Source of the DNA: a virus
IMG/VR virus record: IMGVR_UViG_3300045988_103468
Span: 1 to 45,912 of that record
Reading direction: 5' to 3' (one strand)
DNA: 45,912 nt
Below, one piece after another: positions 33,964 through 41,941 of the stretch (its first letter is position 1; each line of letters begins with the position of its first letter). The notes beneath the pieces were generated by a model. That model searched no databases and was not told the DNA's origin. It worked only from the letters and a program-made list of their open reading frames with translations. The position numbers were made by a program, and so were the translations under genes.

Positions 33964-34012
33964 GATACCTTTGGTATCAACAAAGAACATATCTAACGCT
34001 TTATAAAGCGTT
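33964..34012. promoter_or_regulatory. Two palindromes in an ORF-poor intergenic region
   Basis: GATACC-TTT-GGTATC (33964-33978) and the perfect 18-bp AACGCTTTATAAAGCGTT (33995-34012). TACCTTTG boxes at 33943-33950 and 33966-33973. Confidence 0.5.
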
Positions 34013-34120
34013 GTCCCTTGTCCACTTTCGGTTATACCGAGGGTGTCGGTCTCGCAAACTTGACTGGGGCAACGCCTTTTTTATTGCCCTTTACATATTA
34101 ATTTAAACTTTTAACTGACA

Positions 34121-34399
34121 ATGCGAGACCAAGTTAAAAGTGGTACCCGGGTAAATAACACCCAGACCACACCGCGCGCAAAGAAAAGCCGCACCGCATT
34201 CTATCGTTGCCACCTCAAGGCAACACGACCGATGTTCTCTTCGGACAAAGTCGATTACACTGATGTTATCCGCGCTGCCTGCGAGGAACACGCCCTTGGC
34301 TGTTTCCTGGCTCGGTTCCGCATTATGTATCCGGCCTATACTGTCGTTGTCGGCACCATACTCGTAAGCCGGGTATTCCCCTCCAAGTCCAACCGTTAA
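34121..34399 (+). CDS. Hypothetical protein
   Basis: 92-aa ORF with moderate coding appearance and no recognised motif. Confidence 0.4.
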   Translation: MRDQVKSGTRVNNTQTTPRAKKSRTAFYRCHLKATRPMFSSDKVDYTDVIRAACEEHALGCFLARFRIMYPAYTVVVGTILVSRVFPSKSNR

Positions 34400-34410
34400 A
34401 ACAGGCCGCT

Positions 34411-34539
34411 ATGGCACATCTTATCACCTTGTTGGCGTTCATCGCGCCGATTGCCGTGGTATTCGGCTGGGTGCTATCCAATCAGCACCGCGCAAAGGAG
34501 ATTGGAAAATTGCTAACCTCAATATTCGAAAGCCATGAA
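34411..34539 (+). CDS. Possible 42-aa membrane peptide
   Basis: Translated by hand: MAHLITLLAFIAPIAVVFGWVLSNQHRAKEIGKLLTSIFESHE. Overlaps the next ORF start. Confidence 0.35.
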
Positions 34540-34708
34540 TGAGTTTACGGAAATCACGGTTAAATGCGTGTGGACGACGATAAAGGGGCGCATTTGGCGA
34601 GCCCAATACCGCCTGCGGTCAAAGGCTGTCCGGATACAATCCAAGGCCATCTACCGAGCATTGAAGAACGAGAACAAGCCCCGTATTTACCGGGTTGAAA
34701 TACGATAG
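34535..34708 (+). CDS. Possible 57-aa basic protein
   Basis: Translated by hand: MNEFTEITVKCVWTTIKGRIWRAQYRLRSKAVRIQSKAIYRALKNENKPRIYRVEIR. Confidence 0.35.
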   Translation: MNEFTEITVKCVWTTIKGRIWRAQYRLRSKAVRIQSKAIYRALKNENKPRIYRVEIR

Positions 34709-34711
34709 CTC

Positions 34712-35134
34712 ATGGACACGCAATATTACACGACTACCACGTCCCCGGTGCTGACGTTCGAAGAGTATTATGATATTCCGAGCGAACATATAACGGGTCA
34801 GCGGACGCCATTCTCCCAGAGGGCCAGAACGCTGATGGAGGTAGACCTAAAGTTGATTTATCGGGCTATCCGCGAAGCCATTCAGAAGGATATGCGCGGT
34901 GACGAAGACAAGCGGGTCTATACGGTGGCCTACAAAATATACGACATCAAAGCGATCCATCACTACGAAGTCCACGAAGAACAAGGTGGTGACAGCTATA
35001 TGGATATTTGCGAGACCTATTTCAAAGTAGACCGCGATACCATCGAAATCATCGAGGTCAAGGATATCGACGGTGGCATGCACGCCGGGCAGTTGCACCG
35101 GCTAAAAGAATACGGAGAACAAAACAACTTATAA
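34712..35134 (+). CDS. Hypothetical protein
   Basis: 140-aa ORF, acidic, first gene of the recombination module. Confidence 0.6.
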   Translation: MDTQYYTTTTSPVLTFEEYYDIPSEHITGQRTPFSQRARTLMEVDLKLIYRAIREAIQKDMRGDEDKRVYTVAYKIYDIKAIHHYEVHEEQGGDSYMDICETYFKVDRDTIEIIEVKDIDGGMHAGQLHRLKEYGEQNNL

Positions 35135-35136
35135 CC

Positions 35137-35784
35137 ATGGGAATCTATAGCAAACTGCTGGAAATCCAGAGGAGCGTCAGGGCGTTGCTTCCGAATGCTG
35201 ATGGAAATAATTACAAGTACATCAGCGGTTCGAAAGTACTTGGCATCGTCCGTCCCAAGATGGACGAACTCGGTGTGATCCTCAAAACGGAGGTTCTCGA
35301 CATCACAAATATCCGTCAGGATTATACCGTAGGCCGGGATCAGCGACCTAAATCCGAAATCCTATCGAGTGTAAAGATGCGTTTCACTTGGATTGACGTG
35401 GAATCCGGAGAGAAGGATGTATGCGAATGGAGCGCCAACGGGCAGAATGATTGGGACAAAGGTGTAGGCTCGGCAATGACCTACGGGGAGCGTTATTTCA
35501 TTCTCAAATACTTTCATATAGCCACTGATGAAGATGACGTAGACCGGCTGCCTCGGCATGAGGATGTCGGCCCGGCTTCCAAGCCTACGCTTACTGACGA
35601 ATTGCTGACTTTGGACTTGTTCGAAGAGATAATCAAGGCTAAGGAAAACGCCAAAGGAGCCAATAAGCGATTCTCATTAGTCGGATTCTTGGAGTCCAAG
35701 TATATCGTCGATCAAGAAATGCTTCCGAAAGTCAATGTCAAAGTTACCGAATATTACAATTTAACGAGGGAAAATAAAGCATGA
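35137..35784 (+). CDS. erf: ERF-family single-strand annealing recombinase
   Basis: Start at MGIYSKLLEIQRSV. YKYISGSKVLGIVRPKMDELGVIL and GSAMTYGERYFILKYF are typical ERF patterns. Followed by ssb. Confidence 0.75.
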   Translation: MGIYSKLLEIQRSVRALLPNADGNNYKYISGSKVLGIVRPKMDELGVILKTEVLDITNIRQDYTVGRDQRPKSEILSSVKMRFTWIDVESGEKDVCEWSANGQNDWDKGVGSAMTYGERYFILKYFHIATDEDDVDRLPRHEDVGPASKPTLTDELLTLDLFEEIIKAKENAKGANKRFSLVGFLESKYIVDQEMLPKVNVKVTEYYNLTRENKA

Positions 35785-36245
35785 ATCAGCAGATAACACT
35801 ATTCGGAGATACGGCATCCATTGCCGATCTCGCGGGCAGGGCCATCAGCGCCGTCGTAAATGGCGACATCAGCCCTATCGAGGCGCATATCCAGATCAGC
35901 CGCATGGAGAATGCGATCAAGCAATTCAAGGACGATACGCAGGTGCGTGATATCACACTCCGCGAACTGTCTAAATATGGCAAATCGCACCAGTTCGGGG
36001 ACTGCCGGCTGGAGGAGGCCGAATCGGGCGTAAAATACGACTATTCTATGTGCGGCGACAGCAAACTGCGAGATATGTATGAAACGCTTGAAGCTTTAAA
36101 AGTGGACATCAAAGAGCGGGAGATGATGCTGCGCAGTATGCCTGCATCGGGCTTGGCGGATCCGGAGACGGGGGAAGTGTTGTTCCCGCCCGCCAGGTCG
36201 AGCAAGACTATTATCAAGACTACTTTTAAAAAACCACTGCAATGA
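35781..36245 (+). CDS. Hypothetical protein
   Basis: 154-aa ORF with an ATGA overlap to erf. Confidence 0.6.
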   Translation: MNQQITLFGDTASIADLAGRAISAVVNGDISPIEAHIQISRMENAIKQFKDDTQVRDITLRELSKYGKSHQFGDCRLEEAESGVKYDYSMCGDSKLRDMYETLEALKVDIKEREMMLRSMPASGLADPETGEVLFPPARSSKTIIKTTFKKPLQ

Positions 36246-36418
36246 ATGTATCCAATTCCGATATGCGCAGGGTGATTCGGGCGATTGATATGCTTCGTCC
36301 GCTCCCTGAACAATCCACGCGCGAGTGGGATGCCATCCGCAGGTTAAAAATATTCGCCAAAAAACAACAACGAAAATATGGTAAACAAGGTCATCATCAT
36401 CGGGAATGTAGGTTCTGA
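36242..36418 (+). CDS. Possible 58-aa ORF
   Basis: Translated by hand: MNVSNSDMRRVIRAIDMLRPLPEQSTREWDAIRRLKIFAKKQQRKYGKQGHHHRECRF. Overlaps the ssb start by 41 nt. Confidence 0.35.
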   Translation: MNVSNSDMRRVIRAIDMLRPLPEQSTREWDAIRRLKIFAKKQQRKYGKQGHHHRECRF

Positions 36419-36773
36419 TCCCGAAGTTCGTGTATTGGACGGGGGCGCCAAGGTTGCCAGCCTGAGTGTGGCGACGACCGACCGTTACACCGACAGGCAA
36501 ACAAAAACCGTAAAGGAGATAACGGAGTGGCATCATGTGGTGGCGTGGCGCAATACCGCGGATATCGTGGATAAATACGTGAAGAAGGGGGCGCAGATTT
36601 ACGTCGAAGGTCGGTTGCGAACCCGCGACTATACCGACCGAGATAGCATCAAACGATACATCACGGAGATCATGGCCGATACGGTCAGGATTTTGGGGCG
36701 CAGGGAATCCCAGGCTTCATGCACCTCTACTACCTCCCAAATGCAATCTGACCCCGACGATCTTCCCTTCTAA
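36378..36773 (+). CDS. ssb: Single-stranded DNA-binding protein
   Basis: MVNKVIIIGNVGSDPEVR...WHHVVAWR...IYVEGRLRTR (OB fold) and an acidic C-terminal tail DPDDLPF. Confidence 0.9.
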   Translation: MVNKVIIIGNVGSDPEVRVLDGGAKVASLSVATTDRYTDRQTKTVKEITEWHHVVAWRNTADIVDKYVKKGAQIYVEGRLRTRDYTDRDSIKRYITEIMADTVRILGRRESQASCTSTTSQMQSDPDDLPF

Positions 36774-36776
36774 GCC

Positions 36777-37148
36777 ATGGATACATCTGAACTTAAAGAG
36801 ATCGAGGAAATGCAGCTCTTCATTGAAGCAGAACCGCCTACTGAGCCGCAGGCAATTTCACAGCGCATGTCAGAACTGAGTGTGCGTATGGCGCGTAGCG
36901 GCTATCTCCTGTCGAAGGCGAAATACGAACAGGAGTTGGCGATGCTGAAAGCCTCCCGGCTGAAAGACCTGATACCTCTGGCGCCGAGTATCCAAAAAGA
37001 AATACTTCGGGCGTCCTGTGCCGAGGAGAACAAGGTCGTTAACATGCTCGACAGGATCAACCGCACGTGTGTCCATCAAGTAGACATACTACGTACGCAA
37101 CTGAGTTTCGAGAAGGAGCAGATGCGCCAAATAGGCTATAACGCATGA
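36777..37148 (+). CDS. Hypothetical protein
   Basis: 123-aa ORF. Confidence 0.6.
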   Translation: MDTSELKEIEEMQLFIEAEPPTEPQAISQRMSELSVRMARSGYLLSKAKYEQELAMLKASRLKDLIPLAPSIQKEILRASCAEENKVVNMLDRINRTCVHQVDILRTQLSFEKEQMRQIGYNA

Positions 37149-37516
37149 CAGATTTAGAACGGGAATACGACCGTGTTTTCAGCCTTTTTATACGTCATCG
37201 AGACTGTCCGGGTGGGCGAGGTTTCTGCATCACCTGCGGGGCGCCCATAGCGCCTGAAACATGCGATTGCGGGCACTATATAGACCGAGCTCACAGGTCT
37301 ACGAGATGGGACGAAAGGAATTGTCACGCCCAATGCAGGGTTTGCAACAGGCATTCTGCTGGTCGCATTGGAGTTTACCGCCAAGTACTGATCCGAAAAT
37401 ACGGACTTGCAGTCGTTGAAGAACTTGAACGCAGTAAGCACAGCGTATTCAAAATGTCGAGGTCGGAGATGTCCGATAAGATCAATTATTACAAACGATT
37501 AATTCGCAATGTGTAA
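37145..37516 (+). CDS. ninG: NinG/Rap-like recombination endonuclease
   Basis: CITCG..CDCGHYIDRAHRSTRWDERNCHAQCRVCN pattern, typical of lambda NinG. Confidence 0.7.
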   Translation: MTDLEREYDRVFSLFIRHRDCPGGRGFCITCGAPIAPETCDCGHYIDRAHRSTRWDERNCHAQCRVCNRHSAGRIGVYRQVLIRKYGLAVVEELERSKHSVFKMSRSEMSDKINYYKRLIRNV

Positions 37517-38396
37517 CACTTCAAATAACAGTTGGATTAAGATGTACCGCAGCTTCCTCGATTGGGAGTGGTATCCGGATACGAACTGCGTACGGCTGGC
37601 ATTGCATTTCATTTTGAAGGCAAATTACCGGGCCAAGAAGTGGAAGGGTTTAATCATTGACCGCGGACAATTGGTAACCAGCAGAGGACAGCTGTCCGAA
37701 GAGACAGGACTTTCGGAGATGCAAATACGCACCGCAATAGACAAGCTGGATAATTGCGGGTTTATAACCAAGTCGGGAACACGCAAATATACTATCATAA
37801 CTGTCTGTAATTATGACTTATACCAACAAGCACAGGATGGTTTTGATAATGGTTGTCAACCAACAGATAACCAACAAACAACCAGCAAACAACCAACAGA
37901 TAACCAACAAATAACCACAACTAAAGAATATAAGAAAGAAAGAATAGAAGAATATACACACACACTGGTAGATACTAAAAAGGGGGTTGTAGGGGGAAAA
38001 GAGACGGAGGCCGTGGAACTCATAGAATGGATCGCCACGAACGCGCCATGTATTGCTTCGATGCCCGAGCCCATAACTGCGGGACAGGCCGTGTGGCTGT
38101 TGCAGGACTACAACGTGAAAGATATTCGCCGATTGATAGCCACCATGCAAAGCAAGCAGGCATACCTCAAACACACGAATGCCTATACGGCTTTTGTCAG
38201 TTACGCAAACCTCGACAAGGCGCTTAAAGATGGCCGGCCGCCAAGTGTGCAATCTGGGAAAAAGTATTATACACGGGATGAAGCAATGGCCTATATTCGA
38301 TTCCGTCGTTTGGGCGGCTCTCTTAAAGATAATTTCACTCTTGAGCGTGTGAATGGGCAGCATTTGTGGTGCTTGAAAGCCCCAGTTAACCTTTAA
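37509..38396 (+). CDS. Putative replication initiator / replisome organiser (winged-helix N-terminal domain)
   Basis: WIKMYRSFLDWEWYPDTN...RGQLVTSRGQLSEETGLSEMQIRTAIDKL, a central repeat/low-complexity linker and a C-terminal domain. Position follows the recombination genes. Confidence 0.6.
   Translation: MCNTSNNSWIKMYRSFLDWEWYPDTNCVRLALHFILKANYRAKKWKGLIIDRGQLVTSRGQLSEETGLSEMQIRTAIDKLDNCGFITKSGTRKYTIITVCNYDLYQQAQDGFDNGCQPTDNQQTTSKQPTDNQQITTTKEYKKERIEEYTHTLVDTKKGVVGGKETEAVELIEWIATNAPCIASMPEPITAGQAVWLLQDYNVKDIRRLIATMQSKQAYLKHTNAYTAFVSYANLDKALKDGRPPSVQSGKKYYTRDEAMAYIRFRRLGGSLKDNFTLERVNGQHLWCLKAPVNL
37857..37922 (+). repeat. 2 x 33-bp tandem repeat inside the initiator gene, followed by an AT/purine-rich tract (37921-37966)
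   Basis: CAACCAACAGATAACCAACAA begins at 37857 and again at 37890. Encodes QPTDNQQTTSK QPTDNQQITT. Confidence 0.85.
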
Positions 38397-38407
38397 CGAA
38401 CGATAAA

Positions 38408-38470
38408 ATGAAAGTCATAGTCACCTTTTCGGGTGGGAAAGACAGCTGCATGAGTTATTACGGATTATGA
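38408..38470 (+). pseudogene. 20-codon in-frame internal-deletion ghost of the PAPS-reductase-like gene
   Basis: MKVIVTFSGGKDS|CMSYYGL* joins the first 13 codons and the last ~7 codons of 40569-41465. The flanking 65 nt (38383-38447) match 40544-40608 with 3 mismatches. Confidence 0.7.
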
Positions 38471-39627
38471 CTATGAAATTACGAGTATTCACAAGTTTTT
38501 CCGGCTATGACAGTCAGTTGATGGCTCTTCGGGACATCGGCGCGGACTACGAGTGCGTGGGCTGGTCGGAGATTGACAAATGGGCGATTAAGGCTCACGA
38601 TGCAGTATTCCCGGAGCTGGCAGACCGAAATTACGGCGACATCACGAAAATCGATTGGGACGTCGTTTCGGACTTCGATCTGTTCACCTACTCGTTTCCG
38701 TGTACCGACATCAGCAGCGCCGGAGAGCAGAAGGGTTTCGAAGAAGATTCGGGCACCCGTTCATCCCTGTTATGGGAATGCCGTCGGCCGATCGCGGCCA
38801 AGCATCCTAAATTCCTGCTGATGGAGAATGTGAAAGCCCTCATATCGGAGAAATACCGTCCGCTGTTTCTCAAATGGGAATCGTGGCTTCGCTCGCTCGG
38901 TTATGTCAATTATACGGAAATACTCAACGCCAAAGATTACGGCGTCCCGCAGAACCGGGAACGTGTATTTATGCTCTCCATTCTTAACGGCTGCTGGTAT
39001 GAATTCCCGCATCCGGTCAGGCTGGAAAAGCGGCTGAAAGACGTATTGGAATTGGAGGTAGACGAGAAGTATTATCTGAGCGAAACAATGCTGAAATTTC
39101 TGCAAAAGCAGACAGGCCGAAATGAACCGTTTAAGCCTGCAAAAATAGCCGATCTTAATGGTGTTGCCATGACGATAAATGCAAGAGCACACAAAATAAG
39201 CAAACAGGATAATTATGTGATGCAGATCGGCGCAACGAAGCAAACGGACTGGAACCGACAGCAATACCGGGTATACGATCCGACTGGCACCAGCCCGACG
39301 ATAACGACGAAATCGGGCAGCGGACTTGAACCGAAAATCCTGATGCGGGGACGCGGCTTCAACAAAGGCGGCGAAGCGGATCTTCCCGGAACGATTACAG
39401 GCAGCGCGTGGGAACAAAACAATCTGCTGGACTATGCCGGCTGCATCCGCCGCCTTACGCCCCGCGAGTGTTTGCGGCTGATGGATGTTTCGGATAGTGA
39501 CATTAACAAGATACAAGCTGCGGGAATCAGCGATACACAGCAGTACAAGCTGGCCGGAAACAGTATCGTAAAGGCCCCGATGATGGGGATATTTGAAAAC
39601 ATGTTGAGATACGGATTATGCGAATAG
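38467..39627 (+). CDS. DNA (cytosine-5)-methyltransferase
   Basis: Motif I FSGYDS, motif IV FPCTDIS, motif VI LMENVKAL, motif VIII QNRERVF, motif X AGNSI. Confidence 0.9.
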   Translation: MTMKLRVFTSFSGYDSQLMALRDIGADYECVGWSEIDKWAIKAHDAVFPELADRNYGDITKIDWDVVSDFDLFTYSFPCTDISSAGEQKGFEEDSGTRSSLLWECRRPIAAKHPKFLLMENVKALISEKYRPLFLKWESWLRSLGYVNYTEILNAKDYGVPQNRERVFMLSILNGCWYEFPHPVRLEKRLKDVLELEVDEKYYLSETMLKFLQKQTGRNEPFKPAKIADLNGVAMTINARAHKISKQDNYVMQIGATKQTDWNRQQYRVYDPTGTSPTITTKSGSGLEPKILMRGRGFNKGGEADLPGTITGSAWEQNNLLDYAGCIRRLTPRECLRLMDVSDSDINKIQAAGISDTQQYKLAGNSIVKAPMMGIFENMLRYGLCE

Positions 39628-40496
39628 GTTTGGTTGACATAGACGGTCACCACTTCCCGAACCTCGCGCTGATGAAACTGTCAACTTGGCATAAAGCGCA
39701 GGGTGATTCGGTAGAGTTCGCCGACCCGATGTTCGGTCGCTACGACCGGGTTTATATGTCGAAGGTTTTCACTTTCACGCCCGATTGTCCGGACATCTAC
39801 CATTGCGAGGTGATCCGGGGCGGGACGGGATTCCGGGACTATACGACGGTATTGCCCGGTGAGATCGAGCATATTTGCCCGGATTATTCGCTGTACGGAG
39901 TAAATGAAGCCTACGGATTCCTTACCCGCGGCTGTCCGAACCGCTGCCCGTGGTGCATTGTTCCGCACAAAGAAGGAGCCATCCGGCCCGCGTCTCCGCT
40001 ACGGGAGTTTATCGGCGACAAGCGCCGGGCTGTATTGCTCGATAACAACGTGCTGGCATCGGACTTTGGGCTGGAACAGATCGAGGAAATAATCCGCATG
40101 GGCATCGCGGTTGATTTCAACCAAGGGCTGGATGCCCGGAGGGCGTGCGATGATCCCTACATCCTCGACCTGCTGGCGCGGGTGAAGTGGATTCAGCATA
40201 TTCGGTTCGCCTGCGACCGGATGTCCCAACTGGAGGCGGTTACAAAGTGTGTCAAAGAGTTGGGACGCCGAGGTATCAAGCCATATCGCATTTTCGTCTA
40301 CTGCCTGATACAAGATGTCGATGAATCATTGGAGCGGATCAACGCCCTGCGTAAATTGAAAGTCTGCCCGTTTGCCCAGCCTTACCGGGATTTCGATAAT
40401 AACATTGAGCCGACGAAGGAGCAAAAACGGCTGGCGCGTTGGTGTAACCATAAGGCTATTTTCAAGAGTGTTGAATTCAAAAACTACAAATTATGA
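39618..40496 (+). CDS. Radical SAM enzyme, substrate unknown
   Basis: TRGCPNRCPWC is CX3CX2C. 292 aa. The ATG is embedded in the 16-nt junction and overlaps the MTase end by 10 nt. Confidence 0.75.
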   Translation: MRIGLVDIDGHHFPNLALMKLSTWHKAQGDSVEFADPMFGRYDRVYMSKVFTFTPDCPDIYHCEVIRGGTGFRDYTTVLPGEIEHICPDYSLYGVNEAYGFLTRGCPNRCPWCIVPHKEGAIRPASPLREFIGDKRRAVLLDNNVLASDFGLEQIEEIIRMGIAVDFNQGLDARRACDDPYILDLLARVKWIQHIRFACDRMSQLEAVTKCVKELGRRGIKPYRIFVYCLIQDVDESLERINALRKLKVCPFAQPYRDFDNNIEPTKEQKRLARWCNHKAIFKSVEFKNYKL

Positions 40497-40568
40497 CAGA
40501 CCAAGTAACGAGCATCGAGCAGTCGAAGAAGCCCCAGTCCCCTCAGTTAACCTTTAACGAACGATAAA

Positions 40569-41465
40569 ATGAAAGTCATAATCACCTTTTCGGGTGGCAA
40601 GGACAGCCTTGCATCGCTTCTTTGGACGCGCGAACATATCACCAAGAACTTTACGACCGTGTTTTGCGACACGGGGTGGGAGCATCCGTTGACCTACGAG
40701 TACATCAACCGGATCGCGGATAAGCTCCACTTGGATTTGGTGACGCTCAAGTCGAAGAAATACGACGGGATGGTCGATCTTGCCCGGCAGAAAAAGCGTT
40801 GGCCCTCGACGCGGGCGCGGTTCTGCACGCAGGAATTGAAGACGAAGCCCTGTATCGACTACGTGCTGGACGAGGTGCAGGACAATATGCTGATGATACA
40901 GGGCATCCGGGCAGCAGAATCGGCCAGCCGGGCGAAGATGTCGGCGCAATGTACGTACTTCAAGTACTATTTCGAGCCTTACGGTTACGACAAAAACGGC
41001 AAGCCGAAAAAGCACACTTATCGGGGCAAGGAGGTACGGGCATTCCGGGAGAAGTTCGCCGACGATTTGCTTCGGCCCGTGTTTGACTGGTCGGCGCAGC
41101 AGGTAATCGACTACATCCTCGACGCAGGATTGGAGCCGAACCCGCTCTACAAAATGGGCTACAAACGTGTCGGCTGCTGGCCGTGCGTGATGGCGAATCA
41201 GCGGGACATCCTCAATATTGCCCAGCAGGCCCCGGAGCGGATAGACTACATTGCCAAGATTGAGCAGGAATTACAATGCGGCGACCGGTTGCGTTCAGAA
41301 TTTTTCGGCCCGGACAAAATACCTGCCCACGCAATCACCAGCGGAGAGAAATATCCGACGATTCATGATGTCGTGCGCTACGTCCAATGGCAGAATGCGA
41401 CGGGCAGCCTATTCGACGACGATACAGCGACCAGTTGCATGAGCTTTTACGGATTATGCGAATGA
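40569..41465 (+). CDS. PP-loop ATPase of the PAPS-reductase-like family
   Basis: N-terminal MKVIITFSGGKDS (SGGxDS PP-loop) and later RVGCWPC. 298 aa. Confidence 0.8.
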   Translation: MKVIITFSGGKDSLASLLWTREHITKNFTTVFCDTGWEHPLTYEYINRIADKLHLDLVTLKSKKYDGMVDLARQKKRWPSTRARFCTQELKTKPCIDYVLDEVQDNMLMIQGIRAAESASRAKMSAQCTYFKYYFEPYGYDKNGKPKKHTYRGKEVRAFREKFADDLLRPVFDWSAQQVIDYILDAGLEPNPLYKMGYKRVGCWPCVMANQRDILNIAQQAPERIDYIAKIEQELQCGDRLRSEFFGPDKIPAHAITSGEKYPTIHDVVRYVQWQNATGSLFDDDTATSCMSFYGLCE

Positions 41466-41941
41466 ATATGAAAACGGACAAACTGATCTTGGATGCCTGC
41501 TGCGGCCCACGTATGATGTGGTTCGACAAGCGGAACCCGCAGGCTGTGTTCATGGATATTCGGGACGAAGAGCATATACTCTGCGATGGCCGGAGTTTAG
41601 AGGTGCATCCGGATGTAATCGGAGACTTTCGACGTATACCGTTCGAGGATGCAACATTTCGGCTTGTTGTGTTCGATCCTCCACACCTTGTCCGTCTTGG
41701 CGACAATAGCTACATGGCGCACAAATACGGCAGATTGTTCCCCACATGGGAAACCGATCTAAAGCAGGGGTTCGACGAATGTATGCGAGTATTGAAACCG
41801 GAAGGGGTTTTAATCTTCAAGTGGTGCGAAGAGCAAATACCCGCAAGCCGAATCATCGAAATTTTCGGAGTGGAGCCGCTGTTCGGCCACAAGAGCGGCA
41901 AGAACTCCAAAACGCAGTGGATGTGTTTTATGAAAAATTAA
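41456..41941 (+). CDS. SAM-dependent methyltransferase, probably DNA N6-adenine/N4-cytosine type (DPPH motif)
   Basis: LILDACCGPRMMW (motif I-like) and LVVFDPPHL (motif IV-like). The start is either ATG 41456 or ATG 41462 (ATGA overlap). Confidence 0.65.
   Translation: MRMNMKTDKLILDACCGPRMMWFDKRNPQAVFMDIRDEEHILCDGRSLEVHPDVIGDFRRIPFEDATFRLVVFDPPHLVRLGDNSYMAHKYGRLFPTWETDLKQGFDECMRVLKPEGVLIFKWCEEQIPASRIIEIFGVEPLFGHKSGKNSKTQWMCFMKN

Noticed and set aside
40493-40567. 24-codon ORF (MTDQVTSIEQSKKPQSPQLTFNER) between the radical-SAM and PP-loop genes
   Set aside because: It mostly translates the duplicated junction sequence. It is more likely a by-product of the cassette insertion than a gene.
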